Of a stretch of DNA of 64,000 nt, positions 19,034 through 28,522 are shown in pieces (positions within the stretch are counted from its first letter, which is position 1; the number at the start of each line of letters is the position of its first letter). The DNA lies in contig JBJEBM010000040.1 of NCBI GenBank assembly GCA_051870055.1, positions 697 through 64,696 of the forward strand. The letters run 5' to 3'. The notes beneath the pieces were generated by a model. It was not told the DNA's origin. It ran no database searches and saw only the letters and a program-made list of their open reading frames with translations. The position numbers were made by a program, and so were the translations under genes. This DNA is from Candidatus Cryptobacteroides sp. (GTDB taxonomy: Bacteria; Bacteroidota; Bacteroidia; Bacteroidales; UBA932).

Positions 19034-20830
19034 ATGAAAAAATTATCAGTCTTTATTCTGGCAATGGCTGCCATTGCTGTGTCCTGTTCAAAAGATCCGT
19101 TCGACAATAACCCTGTAAAGCCAGACAAAGTTACGGATGCGGTTTATTTCGCAAGTTCGCTTCCGCCGGTTATCGACAAGGCCCTCCGGATGAATTTTGG
19201 CCAGATTACCACAAATCCGGATAATGCCCGGGTTATAGTGGTGGAGTCATCCGATTTGTCAGCTTACAGCGACATTGTCAAGGAAGCATGGGAAGATGGC
19301 AAGATCATCGTGGAGGTTGAACCGGATTGTTCTTCGCACGAGGAATTCTGGACGGCTATCGATGCTCCCTCCCTAATGTCTCCGGACAATGCTGATACGC
19401 CATTGCTCATAGCTGTGCGCAGGTATTCAAGTTTCATCCTGCATAATCCTCTCTCGCTCGATGAATATCTGTCCGACAATGAGGTGGAGCCCGAACCCGG
19501 AACGGCATCTGATGAAGCCTGGGAGGTGGAACTTGGGCCTGTGGGCATCGAATCCGATGAGGAGTACCTCGGCTCCAGAATGTCCTCGTTTGTAGATTGG
19601 GTCAATGAACATTCCCAGCCTGCATCTCCTGTCAATGAAGAAATTTCAGGCTATCAGAAGTTCAATGGAGAGCTTTCGTCGTTTATCTCCGACGAAAAGT
19701 ACACCCAAAGGATTACCGCGTCGTTCCCGGTCGGGGCCGACAAATTCAAGTTGTGCAAGCTTGCCTCATCAGACCCGGATATCATATCAAGGCATTCCGA
19801 GGTCAACGTTCTCATCACCATAACTCCCCTTTACGCTTATAAGGAGAACGGTAGCAACGCCGGCGACTACTATTTCGTGACAGTTTCCGTTATTTCCAAG
19901 AACGAAAAACTCTTCGGTACCTACAAACAGAAACACGGTGGAGTGTGGACGATTGCGCACGCATTCTACAGCGAGGATATTCATTGGACTGCGGATATCT
20001 GCAAACGCAACGGCAAGGGCATTAAAGTTGCCGATTTTATGGACAAGCAACGGCCGTCACCGGCTTCGACATCCGGCTCTACCACATATACTTCTTCACA
20101 TACCACGACATTGAATGTCACTGGGCAGGGAGGAGCTTCAGGCGGAAAACCGGCAGGCACTCTCACCGTCGGCGGCACGTTCTCCTGGAGCAACAGTGAG
20201 TCAAGACCGATGTCGGATATGTCAATCGAGATGGATACGGACGGATCCCGGGTCCAGTATCACTTCCTCAGCCACAACTTCTCCCATAATGACAATGCGA
20301 GAAAGGCAGTGCCGGCGCTTGCTAGGACTGACCAGGAGTGTATCAGCAGCTGGTGCTGGCACGTGGTGGATGTTGAAGACTATGATACCACCGAATTCTT
20401 GTTCACATTCCATCTTGATCCTCTGTACGGCTATATGTACCGTCACACATCCTGGTGGGGGGAAGGCCACGACAGGCACGGTGTACAACTTCTCCCGGAG
20501 GATAAGAGGGACTGGACATTCGCCATAAAACGGCCTGATAGAAGGCGTTTGGGAATTCTTGACTTCAAGTGTACAGACAGTTTGTATGTTTCCAATGTCC
20601 AGGTCATCAATGGTGCAGGTGAGGTAAAGGCTTCGGCTCTCTCTGCGTATGAACGGAACGTGCATCTTAATTTCCAGCTTCCTGTCGGCAACTACAAGAT
20701 TGAGTATTATGCCAAGAACGGAAATTCTGGTTCCGGCAAGGGAAAGAAATACCGCATCGGCAATCTTACAGTTTCGACGGCCAAAACCACCGAAACCTTT
20801 TCAGGCAAAGGTGCGGAAGTAAAGGAGTGA
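19034..20830 (+). CDS. Lipoprotein with putative leukocidin/hemolysin-type beta-pore-forming domain (component A)
   Basis: Lipobox AVSC at the MKKLSV start; Ser/Thr/Gly-rich stem PASTSGSTTYTSSHTTTLNVTGQGG...TVGGTFSWSNSES...D; paralogous to the next gene. The CDS is secure; the function is inferred. Confidence 0.55.
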   Translation: MKKLSVFILAMAAIAVSCSKDPFDNNPVKPDKVTDAVYFASSLPPVIDKALRMNFGQITTNPDNARVIVVESSDLSAYSDIVKEAWEDGKIIVEVEPDCSSHEEFWTAIDAPSLMSPDNADTPLLIAVRRYSSFILHNPLSLDEYLSDNEVEPEPGTASDEAWEVELGPVGIESDEEYLGSRMSSFVDWVNEHSQPASPVNEEISGYQKFNGELSSFISDEKYTQRITASFPVGADKFKLCKLASSDPDIISRHSEVNVLITITPLYAYKENGSNAGDYYFVTVSVISKNEKLFGTYKQKHGGVWTIAHAFYSEDIHWTADICKRNGKGIKVADFMDKQRPSPASTSGSTTYTSSHTTTLNVTGQGGASGGKPAGTLTVGGTFSWSNSESRPMSDMSIEMDTDGSRVQYHFLSHNFSHNDNARKAVPALARTDQECISSWCWHVVDVEDYDTTEFLFTFHLDPLYGYMYRHTSWWGEGHDRHGVQLLPEDKRDWTFAIKRPDRRRLGILDFKCTDSLYVSNVQVINGAGEVKASALSAYERNVHLNFQLPVGNYKIEYYAKNGNSGSGKGKKYRIGNLTVSTAKTTETFSGKGAEVKE

Positions 20831-20836
20831 TAGTAT

Positions 20837-22129
20837 ATGAATAGGAGCCAGTTTATCCCGGTGTTTCTGCTCTGCCTGCTTACTGGTATCGTGCTTTCTT
20901 GTGACAAGATAGAAAGCGACATCAGAGAATTACACAATGACCCTTCCGATGTGCTGACATTCAAGAAGACTTTTGACATAAGTATTCCCGGGCAGGTCAT
21001 AGACAGCAGAAAGGTGGACGGCTACTTGTTTGAAGTTCATTCTCCGGAGGTGAAGGCCTCCGGAGTCTTCGATTTGTATCTCCAGATTTTTCCCCTTTAT
21101 GGTTTCGGCAATGGTTATGCCGCCGGAGACTATTATTGCATTGAAGGTTATATGCTCAGCCACAATGCGAAGATTTATGCTGAACGCGCTGACAGGGATG
21201 TAAAGATAAATGGTTGGTATCCTGAAGATTATACGTTGGAATTCGAACTGCTGTCCCCTGAGGGCAAATCGCTCGATACCGATGAGGTCGAGTTCCTGGT
21301 CCAGCCTGAACCGTCCACGACAATAGGCACTACAACCTACAAGAAAGGGTCAACTTTCACCCTGGGCCTCAGCCTGACATTCGGGTCTGTGAAGCCGGAG
21401 AATCCGACAAGCATCCTTTCCTGGGCGAACACCCTGTTGGGAGGAATCTCTTTCGGATACAAATACGAGAACAGCTCCACTCAGGAACTTCCTGACCAGT
21501 CGGTCGCTCTCTCGACGGAAACCAGCACCTGCGCTGTGAAGTATTCGTTCATTACCAACAATGACACGGGAGGTTATGCGACATCGAACATTCCGGCGAT
21601 ATTCAGGACAGACCAGATTGCGGCTTTCAGCTGGGTATGGCATCTCAAGAAAGGCAAGTATTGCGCCAATGACTATGATTTCGGCAATATGAAAATGAGG
21701 GCTGTCGTCCATCCGAAATACAGGACTGCCTACAACGGAAAGATTGTCGATACTCACGGGCGCGCGATATTCAAGGGCAGGGCTTCGTATCAGCACGATG
21801 ACCTGATTGCCGAGCTCGATTTGCCAGCGATGAACAGAATCCCTACCGGCGATATCAAATTGAAATTTGCCACCCTGGGCAGCAATAATCAACTTACTGA
21901 CCTCAAAGTTTACAGGACAGGGGAGTCAGGGACAGCAAAGGAACCATATTATTCTGACCAGGGAATATATGGGAGGAACGAGGTTATCACCATCCCTCTC
22001 CGTGTCGGCAAATACGATATCCTGTACAAGATTGTCGACGGTTCAAGCGGCAAGACAATCTCCTCCGATATGATTTCCGGCGTCGAGGTTTTCGAAAACA
22101 AATCCACAGAGACATTCACCCCGTTTTAA
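20837..22129 (+). CDS. Lipoprotein with putative leukocidin/hemolysin-type beta-pore-forming domain (component B)
   Basis: Lipobox VLSC; stem PSTTIGTTTYKKGSTFTLGLSLTFG...GGISFGYKYENSSTQELPD; shares PLY..AGDYY and RTDQ....SW.WH with the previous gene. Confidence 0.55.
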   Translation: MNRSQFIPVFLLCLLTGIVLSCDKIESDIRELHNDPSDVLTFKKTFDISIPGQVIDSRKVDGYLFEVHSPEVKASGVFDLYLQIFPLYGFGNGYAAGDYYCIEGYMLSHNAKIYAERADRDVKINGWYPEDYTLEFELLSPEGKSLDTDEVEFLVQPEPSTTIGTTTYKKGSTFTLGLSLTFGSVKPENPTSILSWANTLLGGISFGYKYENSSTQELPDQSVALSTETSTCAVKYSFITNNDTGGYATSNIPAIFRTDQIAAFSWVWHLKKGKYCANDYDFGNMKMRAVVHPKYRTAYNGKIVDTHGRAIFKGRASYQHDDLIAELDLPAMNRIPTGDIKLKFATLGSNNQLTDLKVYRTGESGTAKEPYYSDQGIYGRNEVITIPLRVGKYDILYKIVDGSSGKTISSDMISGVEVFENKSTETFTPF

Positions 22130-22157
22130 ATTACCAAATATTTTGGGAAATGAAAGC

Positions 22158-22197
22158 AAAGGCTGCAAGCGGCAATATAATGCCATTTGCAGCCTTT
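22158..22197. terminator. Hairpin/terminator after the lipoprotein cassette
   Basis: aaaggctgcaa...ggca-atataa-tgcc...ttgcagccttt. Confidence 0.6.
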
Positions 22198-22229
22198 CGG
22201 CTAAAATAATCAAAAAAACTGTTTTCAAT

Positions 22230-22256
22230 TGGGTATGTGACCTTGTCTGTCCGTCT
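22230..22256 (+). promoter_or_regulatory. Putative ECF-sigma promoter (TGG-N20-GTCT) upstream of fecR-susC-susD
   Basis: Bipartite motif shared with the other two ECF-linked loci. Confidence 0.35.
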
Positions 22257-22287
22257 ATAATTGTGTAATCGGATAAATACGTTGATT

Positions 22288-23172
22288 ATGGACAATAACA
22301 CAGCCGGATGGAAAGAGATATGGGACTCAATTCCCGAAGAGGACACGCTGGAAAGCAGACGGGCGTTTGCCCGGTTCTGGGCGGAAGTGCGCAGGCGCAG
22401 GCTTGCCCCGTTCAGAAAGGCCCTGAGATGGTATTCTTATGCGGCCGCGGCCCTTTTTGTTCCGCTTGCTGCCGGCATTGCGTTATATGTGCACGTCAAT
22501 GACAGACGCCCGCAGGAATATGCAGAGCTTGTCGTTCCGCAAGGCCAGCGGGATTCTATCCGCCTTGCCGACAATACTTTAGTATGGCTGAACGCGGGTT
22601 CCCGACTGATTTATCCTGACAAATTTTCCGACAAGGACAGAAAAGTCTATCTGACTGGAGAGGCTTTTTTCCAGGTGGAGAAAGACAGTCGGCGGCCTTT
22701 TATAGTCAGCGCCGGTGAAGTAAGTGTCCGGGTTCTTGGAACGAAATTCAATTTCTCGACATACGAGGATTCAGAATCAGTCTATGTGAGCCTTGTCCAG
22801 GGCTCGGTAAGACTTGAGTCCGAGCGGTCTGGGGTTCACAGCAGCGTTATGCTTGTTCCCGGGGATATCGTGCGGTATCACAGGCCGGATGGGGTCTTCT
22901 CGCGTGCTTCCGGCAGTGCCGCGGCGACTGCAAACTGGATGGACGGTGGCTTCTATTTCAATGACAGGCCACTTGACGAGATAATAAGAAGTTTCGAGCG
23001 TTCTTTCAATGTCAGAATCACCTTGACTGACACATCTATAGGTAAAGAGCGGTATTCGCTTGCATTTGTCAACAATGAGACTGTTGACCAGATAATGTCC
23101 GCCATAGCATATAATGGACGGCTTTCAGTCTCCTGCAAAGATGGAGAATATTCTTTGTCCCGGAGGAAATAA
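22288..23172 (+). CDS. FecR family anti-sigma factor
   Basis: TM helix; LADNTLVWLNAGS.L.YP, LTGEAFFQV and VLGTKFN motifs. ATG at 22288. Confidence 0.92.
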   Translation: MDNNTAGWKEIWDSIPEEDTLESRRAFARFWAEVRRRRLAPFRKALRWYSYAAAALFVPLAAGIALYVHVNDRRPQEYAELVVPQGQRDSIRLADNTLVWLNAGSRLIYPDKFSDKDRKVYLTGEAFFQVEKDSRRPFIVSAGEVSVRVLGTKFNFSTYEDSESVYVSLVQGSVRLESERSGVHSSVMLVPGDIVRYHRPDGVFSRASGSAAATANWMDGGFYFNDRPLDEIIRSFERSFNVRITLTDTSIGKERYSLAFVNNETVDQIMSAIAYNGRLSVSCKDGEYSLSRRK

Positions 23173-23192
23173 CCATTTAATTAAAAACAATA

Positions 23193-26100
23193 ATGAAGTT
23201 AACCGTTAGATTATCGGCTGTTCTCATGCTGATAATGCTGTCTTTCTATTCTTTTACGGCAGCAGCGCAGCAGAGAATCAGCTTTGTGAAAACCGATGTG
23301 CCCATAAAGGAGGTCATCGAGACTCTGAGGAGTGAATGGGGATACTCTTTCGCTTACAAAACCAGCGAAGTGGATTGCAACAGACACGTGAGTATCTCAG
23401 TATCAAATGTTTCCATTGAAGAAGTGCTGGACCGTCTGTTCAAGGACCAGCCGGTGGACTATCTTGTAAAAGGAAGAATCATCTATTTGACTTCCTCTAA
23501 GCGGAATGTCAATGCCAAAGATGCTTCTGCCCTGAGCGGAAAAGTGCTGGACGACAGGGGAAAACCTGTTCCCGGAGCGTATGTGGTAGAAAAGGGTACC
23601 AAAAATGCGGTGGTTACAGGCAATGACGGATCTTTCACATTCCCAAGCCTGTCTGATAATGCAGTGCTTGTGATTTCCTCATTGGGCTTCGAGGAAAAAG
23701 AAGAGCCTGTCGCAGGAAGGAAGACCATCATTATCGAGCTGAAAGAGAATAATTACCTGCTGGACGAGACCGTGGTTGTCGGATATGCATCCCAGAAGAA
23801 AGCCACATTGACGGGTTCTGTGTCTTCGGTAAGGATTGACGACAATTCCATAAGCCGCCCTGTGACAAGCGTTTCCAGCTCTCTTGCCGGTATGGCCGCC
23901 GGCGTCACGGTGAATCAGACGACGGGCAAGCCGGGTTCTTCTGCTACAATAAGAATCAGGGGAATCGGCACCCTGAACAACAATTCCCCGCTGGTCCTTG
24001 TGGACGGGGTGGAATGGAGTATGGACAATCTCAACCCGGCTGACATTGAGAGCATCAGCATCCTGAAAGATGCCGCTTCCACGGCGATTTACGGAGCGCA
24101 GGGCGCCAATGGAGTCATCCTTGTCACAACAAAACAGGGAGAAGGCAAAATCAAATTCGACTACAACGGCTATGTGTCCATCCAGAAAGCACACAACAAA
24201 CTGTCGATGATCTCGGATTATGCTGATTATATGGAACTTGTCAATGAGTCACTGACAAACGTCGACAATACTCCATATTATACCCAGTCAACCATCGATA
24301 TGTGGCGGAGGGCCAAAAAATACCCTTATGCTGTCAACGAATACGGCGTACCGAATTATATTGCATATCCTAACACGGAATGGTTCAGCGAGATATTCAA
24401 GACTGGCGTATCCCACAACCATCACCTTTCCATATCCGGCTCATCCAACGGCATCCGGTATTTCGCCGGCGTCGGATATACGGACAATCCCGGTATAATG
24501 AATGTGGCTGACGGGGTCAATTCGGGTGCGAAAAAACTGACTGTCCAGGCGAAAGGAGAAGGCACTGTCGGGAAATGGCTGACACTGGGTACAAGCCTCA
24601 ACGGGACATTTGACAATCTTGGAGCGGCCAGCACGGCCAACGTCTTCAATTATCTGAGCCGCACGTGTCCCGGAATATGGCCTGGAGAGCCTTACAAGTA
24701 CGGTGTCCCTGCATCTTCGGAAGAATCCACTACGGCCAACAACCTGCTCAGCTGGCTTGACCGTCAGGGTGAGGACAAGAGGGAGCACTATTCTTTGACC
24801 GGCTATTTCAAGGCGAAAATCTATAAAGGCCTCCAGCTCGATGGAAAAGCCAATTATGTCTCATACAGAAGAGATTACAAATATTTTGGAAGCGGAAGGA
24901 CAAGCACCTGGGACTACACCAAGAACGAGTCCCGAAGCGATTCGAATCTTGCGGACCAGCAGGTCACCAATACTGCCCAGCATTCAAAACAGCTTAATAC
25001 TGAATTAATTCTCCGCTATAATGTGAATATCGCCGACAGCCACGAAATCACGGCATTGGCGGGATATTCTACCCAGCATTACAATTACGAGGAATTCTCC
25101 GCGAGGAAGAAAGGAATGACCTCCGAGTCACTTACCGATCTCAACGCCCTTGCTGCAATGGACAATATCTCCGGATATTCCACAGAATGGGCGATGGCCT
25201 CAGTTTTCGGCAGGGTGAACTATTCATACAAAAGCCGTTATATCATTGAAGGCAACATCAGATATGACGGGTCGTCCCGCTTCTCTCCAAAGTCGCGCTG
25301 GGGTCTGTTCCCTTCAGTCTCCGGGGCCTGGAGAATTTCAGAAGAACCGTTTATGTCGTCTGCGAGGTCCTGGCTGGACAATCTGAAGATTCGTGCGTCA
25401 TATGGTGTCACCGGTAACAACAGGACCTCCAATTATGCCTGGCAGGCCACATACGCCACATCCACTATCGTGATGGAAGGTGGGAAGACGTCTGCAATGT
25501 ACACCAGCAAAATCGGAAATGAGAACCTCGAGTGGGAGACCACCAAGACAACGGATGTGGGACTTGATTTCGCATTCCTGGGCAACAAGCTGAGCGGTGA
25601 ACTGGACTGGTACAACAAAAACACCAGCGGAATCCTGTTCGTTCCTTCTCTCAGCATCACGATGGGCCAGGTGACAGGTGCCACTGAAAATATCGCCGAG
25701 GTGAACAACAAAGGATTCGAGGTCAATCTGAAATGGAATGACAGAGTGGGGGATTTCAGATACTCGGTAGGGGCGAACATATCTTTCAACCGGAACAAGG
25801 TCACCAAGTACAAGGGTGCTCTTGTGAAGGGCTGGACAGAAGACGGACAGTACGTGAACAATCTCGCGGATGTGTCAGAAAGCGGATTCGGCGGCAGGAT
25901 TGCCGAAGGTTATAAATTAGGAGAGACATATCTCAGGAAAATCTACCGCGGAACAGGCAACTATGACGGCAGCGGAGTGCTGGACCTCAATGCCGGACCG
26001 AAAGACGGAATCATCAGGACTGAAGCCGATATGGCCTGGGTCCAGATGATGGTGGATGCCGGTTACAAGTTCTGCGGCATCAATATGGTGTCAAAGAACA

Positions 26101-26675
26101 CTCTCTGGTACGGAGACATCATTTATGCGGATTCCAACGGCGATGGAAACTATGGCGATACCAACGACCAGGACTTCACGGGACATACTTCCACCCCGAA
26201 ATATACATACGGAATCAACATCTCCTTGGGATGGAAAGGCATTGACCTTTATATGCTTTTCTCCGGTGCCGGTGGCAATTACCTGTACTGGCAGACGGCT
26301 CCGAGCCTTGCTTCCGGATACAATACTTACTCGTTCCTCATAAAGAACAGGTATTTCTATGATCCTGAAAATCCGGATGATCCCCGCACCAATATCAATG
26401 CGAAGTATCCGCGTATGGGTGGCCGCAATACGGGAACTGCCAGCGAGTTCTGGGAATACAAGGGCGACTATCTGAAACTGAAGAATATCCAGTTGGGCTA
26501 CACCTTCCCGTCCTCCCTTATGCGCAGGATAAGAATTGACAAACTGCGTATCTATGCGACTGCGGACAATATCTTCACCATCACCGATTATCCCGGCCTT
26601 GACCCGGAAATCGGGACAAGCATAACCTATCCGCTTATGAAGCAATATGCAATGGGAATTCAACTTACTTTTTAG
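23193..26675 (+). CDS. SusC/RagA TonB-dependent transporter with N-terminal signalling (STN) domain
   Basis: VVVGY, PLVLVDG, ILKDAASTAIYGAQGANGVILVTTK, RYDGSSRF and LEWET motifs. Confidence 0.95.
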   Translation: MKLTVRLSAVLMLIMLSFYSFTAAAQQRISFVKTDVPIKEVIETLRSEWGYSFAYKTSEVDCNRHVSISVSNVSIEEVLDRLFKDQPVDYLVKGRIIYLTSSKRNVNAKDASALSGKVLDDRGKPVPGAYVVEKGTKNAVVTGNDGSFTFPSLSDNAVLVISSLGFEEKEEPVAGRKTIIIELKENNYLLDETVVVGYASQKKATLTGSVSSVRIDDNSISRPVTSVSSSLAGMAAGVTVNQTTGKPGSSATIRIRGIGTLNNNSPLVLVDGVEWSMDNLNPADIESISILKDAASTAIYGAQGANGVILVTTKQGEGKIKFDYNGYVSIQKAHNKLSMISDYADYMELVNESLTNVDNTPYYTQSTIDMWRRAKKYPYAVNEYGVPNYIAYPNTEWFSEIFKTGVSHNHHLSISGSSNGIRYFAGVGYTDNPGIMNVADGVNSGAKKLTVQAKGEGTVGKWLTLGTSLNGTFDNLGAASTANVFNYLSRTCPGIWPGEPYKYGVPASSEESTTANNLLSWLDRQGEDKREHYSLTGYFKAKIYKGLQLDGKANYVSYRRDYKYFGSGRTSTWDYTKNESRSDSNLADQQVTNTAQHSKQLNTELILRYNVNIADSHEITALAGYSTQHYNYEEFSARKKGMTSESLTDLNALAAMDNISGYSTEWAMASVFGRVNYSYKSRYIIEGNIRYDGSSRFSPKSRWGLFPSVSGAWRISEEPFMSSARSWLDNLKIRASYGVTGNNRTSNYAWQATYATSTIVMEGGKTSAMYTSKIGNENLEWETTKTTDVGLDFAFLGNKLSGELDWYNKNTSGILFVPSLSITMGQVTGATENIAEVNNKGFEVNLKWNDRVGDFRYSVGANISFNRNKVTKYKGALVKGWTEDGQYVNNLADVSESGFGGRIAEGYKLGETYLRKIYRGTGNYDGSGVLDLNAGPKDGIIRTEADMAWVQMMVDAGYKFCGINMVSKNTLWYGDIIYADSNGDGNYGDTNDQDFTGHTSTPKYTYGINISLGWKGIDLYMLFSGAGGNYLYWQTAPSLASGYNTYSFLIKNRYFYDPENPDDPRTNINAKYPRMGGRNTGTASEFWEYKGDYLKLKNIQLGYTFPSSLMRRIRIDKLRIYATADNIFTITDYPGLDPEIGTSITYPLMKQYAMGIQLTF

Positions 26676-26687
26676 ACTATCTATATC

Positions 26688-28502
26688 ATGACATATCGTA
26701 ACAAGACAATAACAGCTCTCATCCTGCTTTGTGCCGGCGCAGCCAGCTGTGTCGATTTGGACACCGTATCGAAGAGTGATATGATGTCGAACAATATGTG
26801 GACTACCGAAGAGCTGGTGGATGCAGCAGTAGCCGGCATCTACAAAGTATTCGTCCCGGATCCATCCAAGATGTATCCCAATGTGGAGACAAATGTAAGC
26901 CATCTGCGTCCTGAAGTGTGCGGGTTCGCCTCCATTGAGATGGCACATACCTTCTTCTTGAACAGTCCGTCTTATTCGGCGGGGGATTCATACCTGAGCA
27001 ATGAGTGGAAAGCCTTGTACACAGGCGTTTCCAGATGCAATGATGCACTTCACAACCTGCCTTCATCCGCTGTCACCGGGGCAAAACGGGCCCGCCTCAT
27101 CGCAGAATGCAAGTTTATGAGGGCCTGGTTCTATACCCGCCTGAATATGCTTTTCAACGGCGTCCCGGTCTATCTTTCACCGATAACGGCGAGCGAGTGC
27201 ACAAAAGGCCAGTCTTCTCCTGATGAAGTGTGGGAGGTTGTCCTCAAAGATATCCAGGACTGTCTGGATGAGCCTGAAATGCCGCTCAACACTCTCAAGA
27301 CCAATTATGGCCGTCCTTCAAAAGGGGCTGCGTACGCATTGAGGGGAATGATATATATGTGGACCCGTCAGTACAGCAAGGCCATACCTGATTTCGAGGA
27401 GGTCGGAAAATGCGGATATGGGCTCTGGGAAGGAAAATATATTGATTTATTCAAAGAGCAGAACGAGAAGAGCAAGGAGATGATTCTTCCTGTCCAGTGC
27501 ATTTCCGAGAATGGCTATGCGGATCCCCAGACACAGCAGATATTCGGAAATCGCTCCACTCTTCAGGGCGTCAACTTCGTCATTCCGTCCTCAGAGTTCG
27601 TTGACTCGTACCAGAATGCAGACGGCTCCGAGTTCTCCTGGTCCCAGATTTTCCCTGACTGGGACAAGCTCACTCCGGTCCAGAGGGAAGTCTTTTTCGT
27701 CCGGGACGGAATGAATTCCAATTCTTCATCCGGTTTCCAGAATCAGAAAAACACAATCGTTGGAAGAGTGTCCAAGACTGTTTGGGACAATTACTATCTC
27801 GACAATGGGAATCAGGCAAGAATAGCAAAGGCTTACTCCGGAAGGGATCCGAGGCTGATGCAGACAATCTTCACCCCGTCAAGCGCCACAATGACCTATG
27901 CGAATACCGGCGGAAAACAGTCCCTCAAGACTTTCCTCTGGCCATATATCAATGCGGGAAACGGGGACAGTGCCGGAGACCTGTGGTCAGACCAGCGCCA
28001 GTGTTTCTGCTATATGTACAGAAAGTTCGTCGTTACGGACAACAATGCCCTTACCAGGGACAGGATGGGTATGGACTGGCCTCTTATGCGCTACACGGAT
28101 GTATGGCTGCTTTATGCCGAGGCTTTGAATGAGGTCGGACGTATGTCGGAGGCCATCAGCGCCGTGAACAAGATCCGCCAGAGAGCCGGGATGCCGCTGT
28201 TGACTGAAGGAGGCGGAGGAGCGAACGGAGTCACGGACAAAGAGGATATGCTGAGGCGCATCCAATATGAGCGCCGCGTGGAATTGTGCGCTGAAGGTGT
28301 GAACTACTTCGATGAGGTCCGCTGGGGCACATTGAAACAAATGAAGTTCAAAGGCCAGGACAGCTACGACTTTACGAATATGTGGGGAACGAGGGCGAAA
28401 TGGCTGATGTATTTCAGGAACAATATGTGGCCTTGGGCCGTGCCCCTCTCCGAGACGCAGAGAAATCCGAATCTGACTCCTACGGACGGATGGAACTATT
28501 AG
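26688..28502 (+). CDS. RagB/SusD family lipoprotein
   Basis: Lipobox AASC; RDPRL, MRYTDVWLLYAEALNE and ERRVELCAEG..YFD..RW motifs. Confidence 0.95.
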   Translation: MTYRNKTITALILLCAGAASCVDLDTVSKSDMMSNNMWTTEELVDAAVAGIYKVFVPDPSKMYPNVETNVSHLRPEVCGFASIEMAHTFFLNSPSYSAGDSYLSNEWKALYTGVSRCNDALHNLPSSAVTGAKRARLIAECKFMRAWFYTRLNMLFNGVPVYLSPITASECTKGQSSPDEVWEVVLKDIQDCLDEPEMPLNTLKTNYGRPSKGAAYALRGMIYMWTRQYSKAIPDFEEVGKCGYGLWEGKYIDLFKEQNEKSKEMILPVQCISENGYADPQTQQIFGNRSTLQGVNFVIPSSEFVDSYQNADGSEFSWSQIFPDWDKLTPVQREVFFVRDGMNSNSSSGFQNQKNTIVGRVSKTVWDNYYLDNGNQARIAKAYSGRDPRLMQTIFTPSSATMTYANTGGKQSLKTFLWPYINAGNGDSAGDLWSDQRQCFCYMYRKFVVTDNNALTRDRMGMDWPLMRYTDVWLLYAEALNEVGRMSEAISAVNKIRQRAGMPLLTEGGGGANGVTDKEDMLRRIQYERRVELCAEGVNYFDEVRWGTLKQMKFKGQDSYDFTNMWGTRAKWLMYFRNNMWPWAVPLSETQRNPNLTPTDGWNY

Positions 28503-28522
28503 AATTTTGAACTTTCAAGAAT

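Noticed and set aside
26091-26948. 285-aa minus-strand ORF
   Set aside because: Antisense to the susC/susD junction; no motifs.
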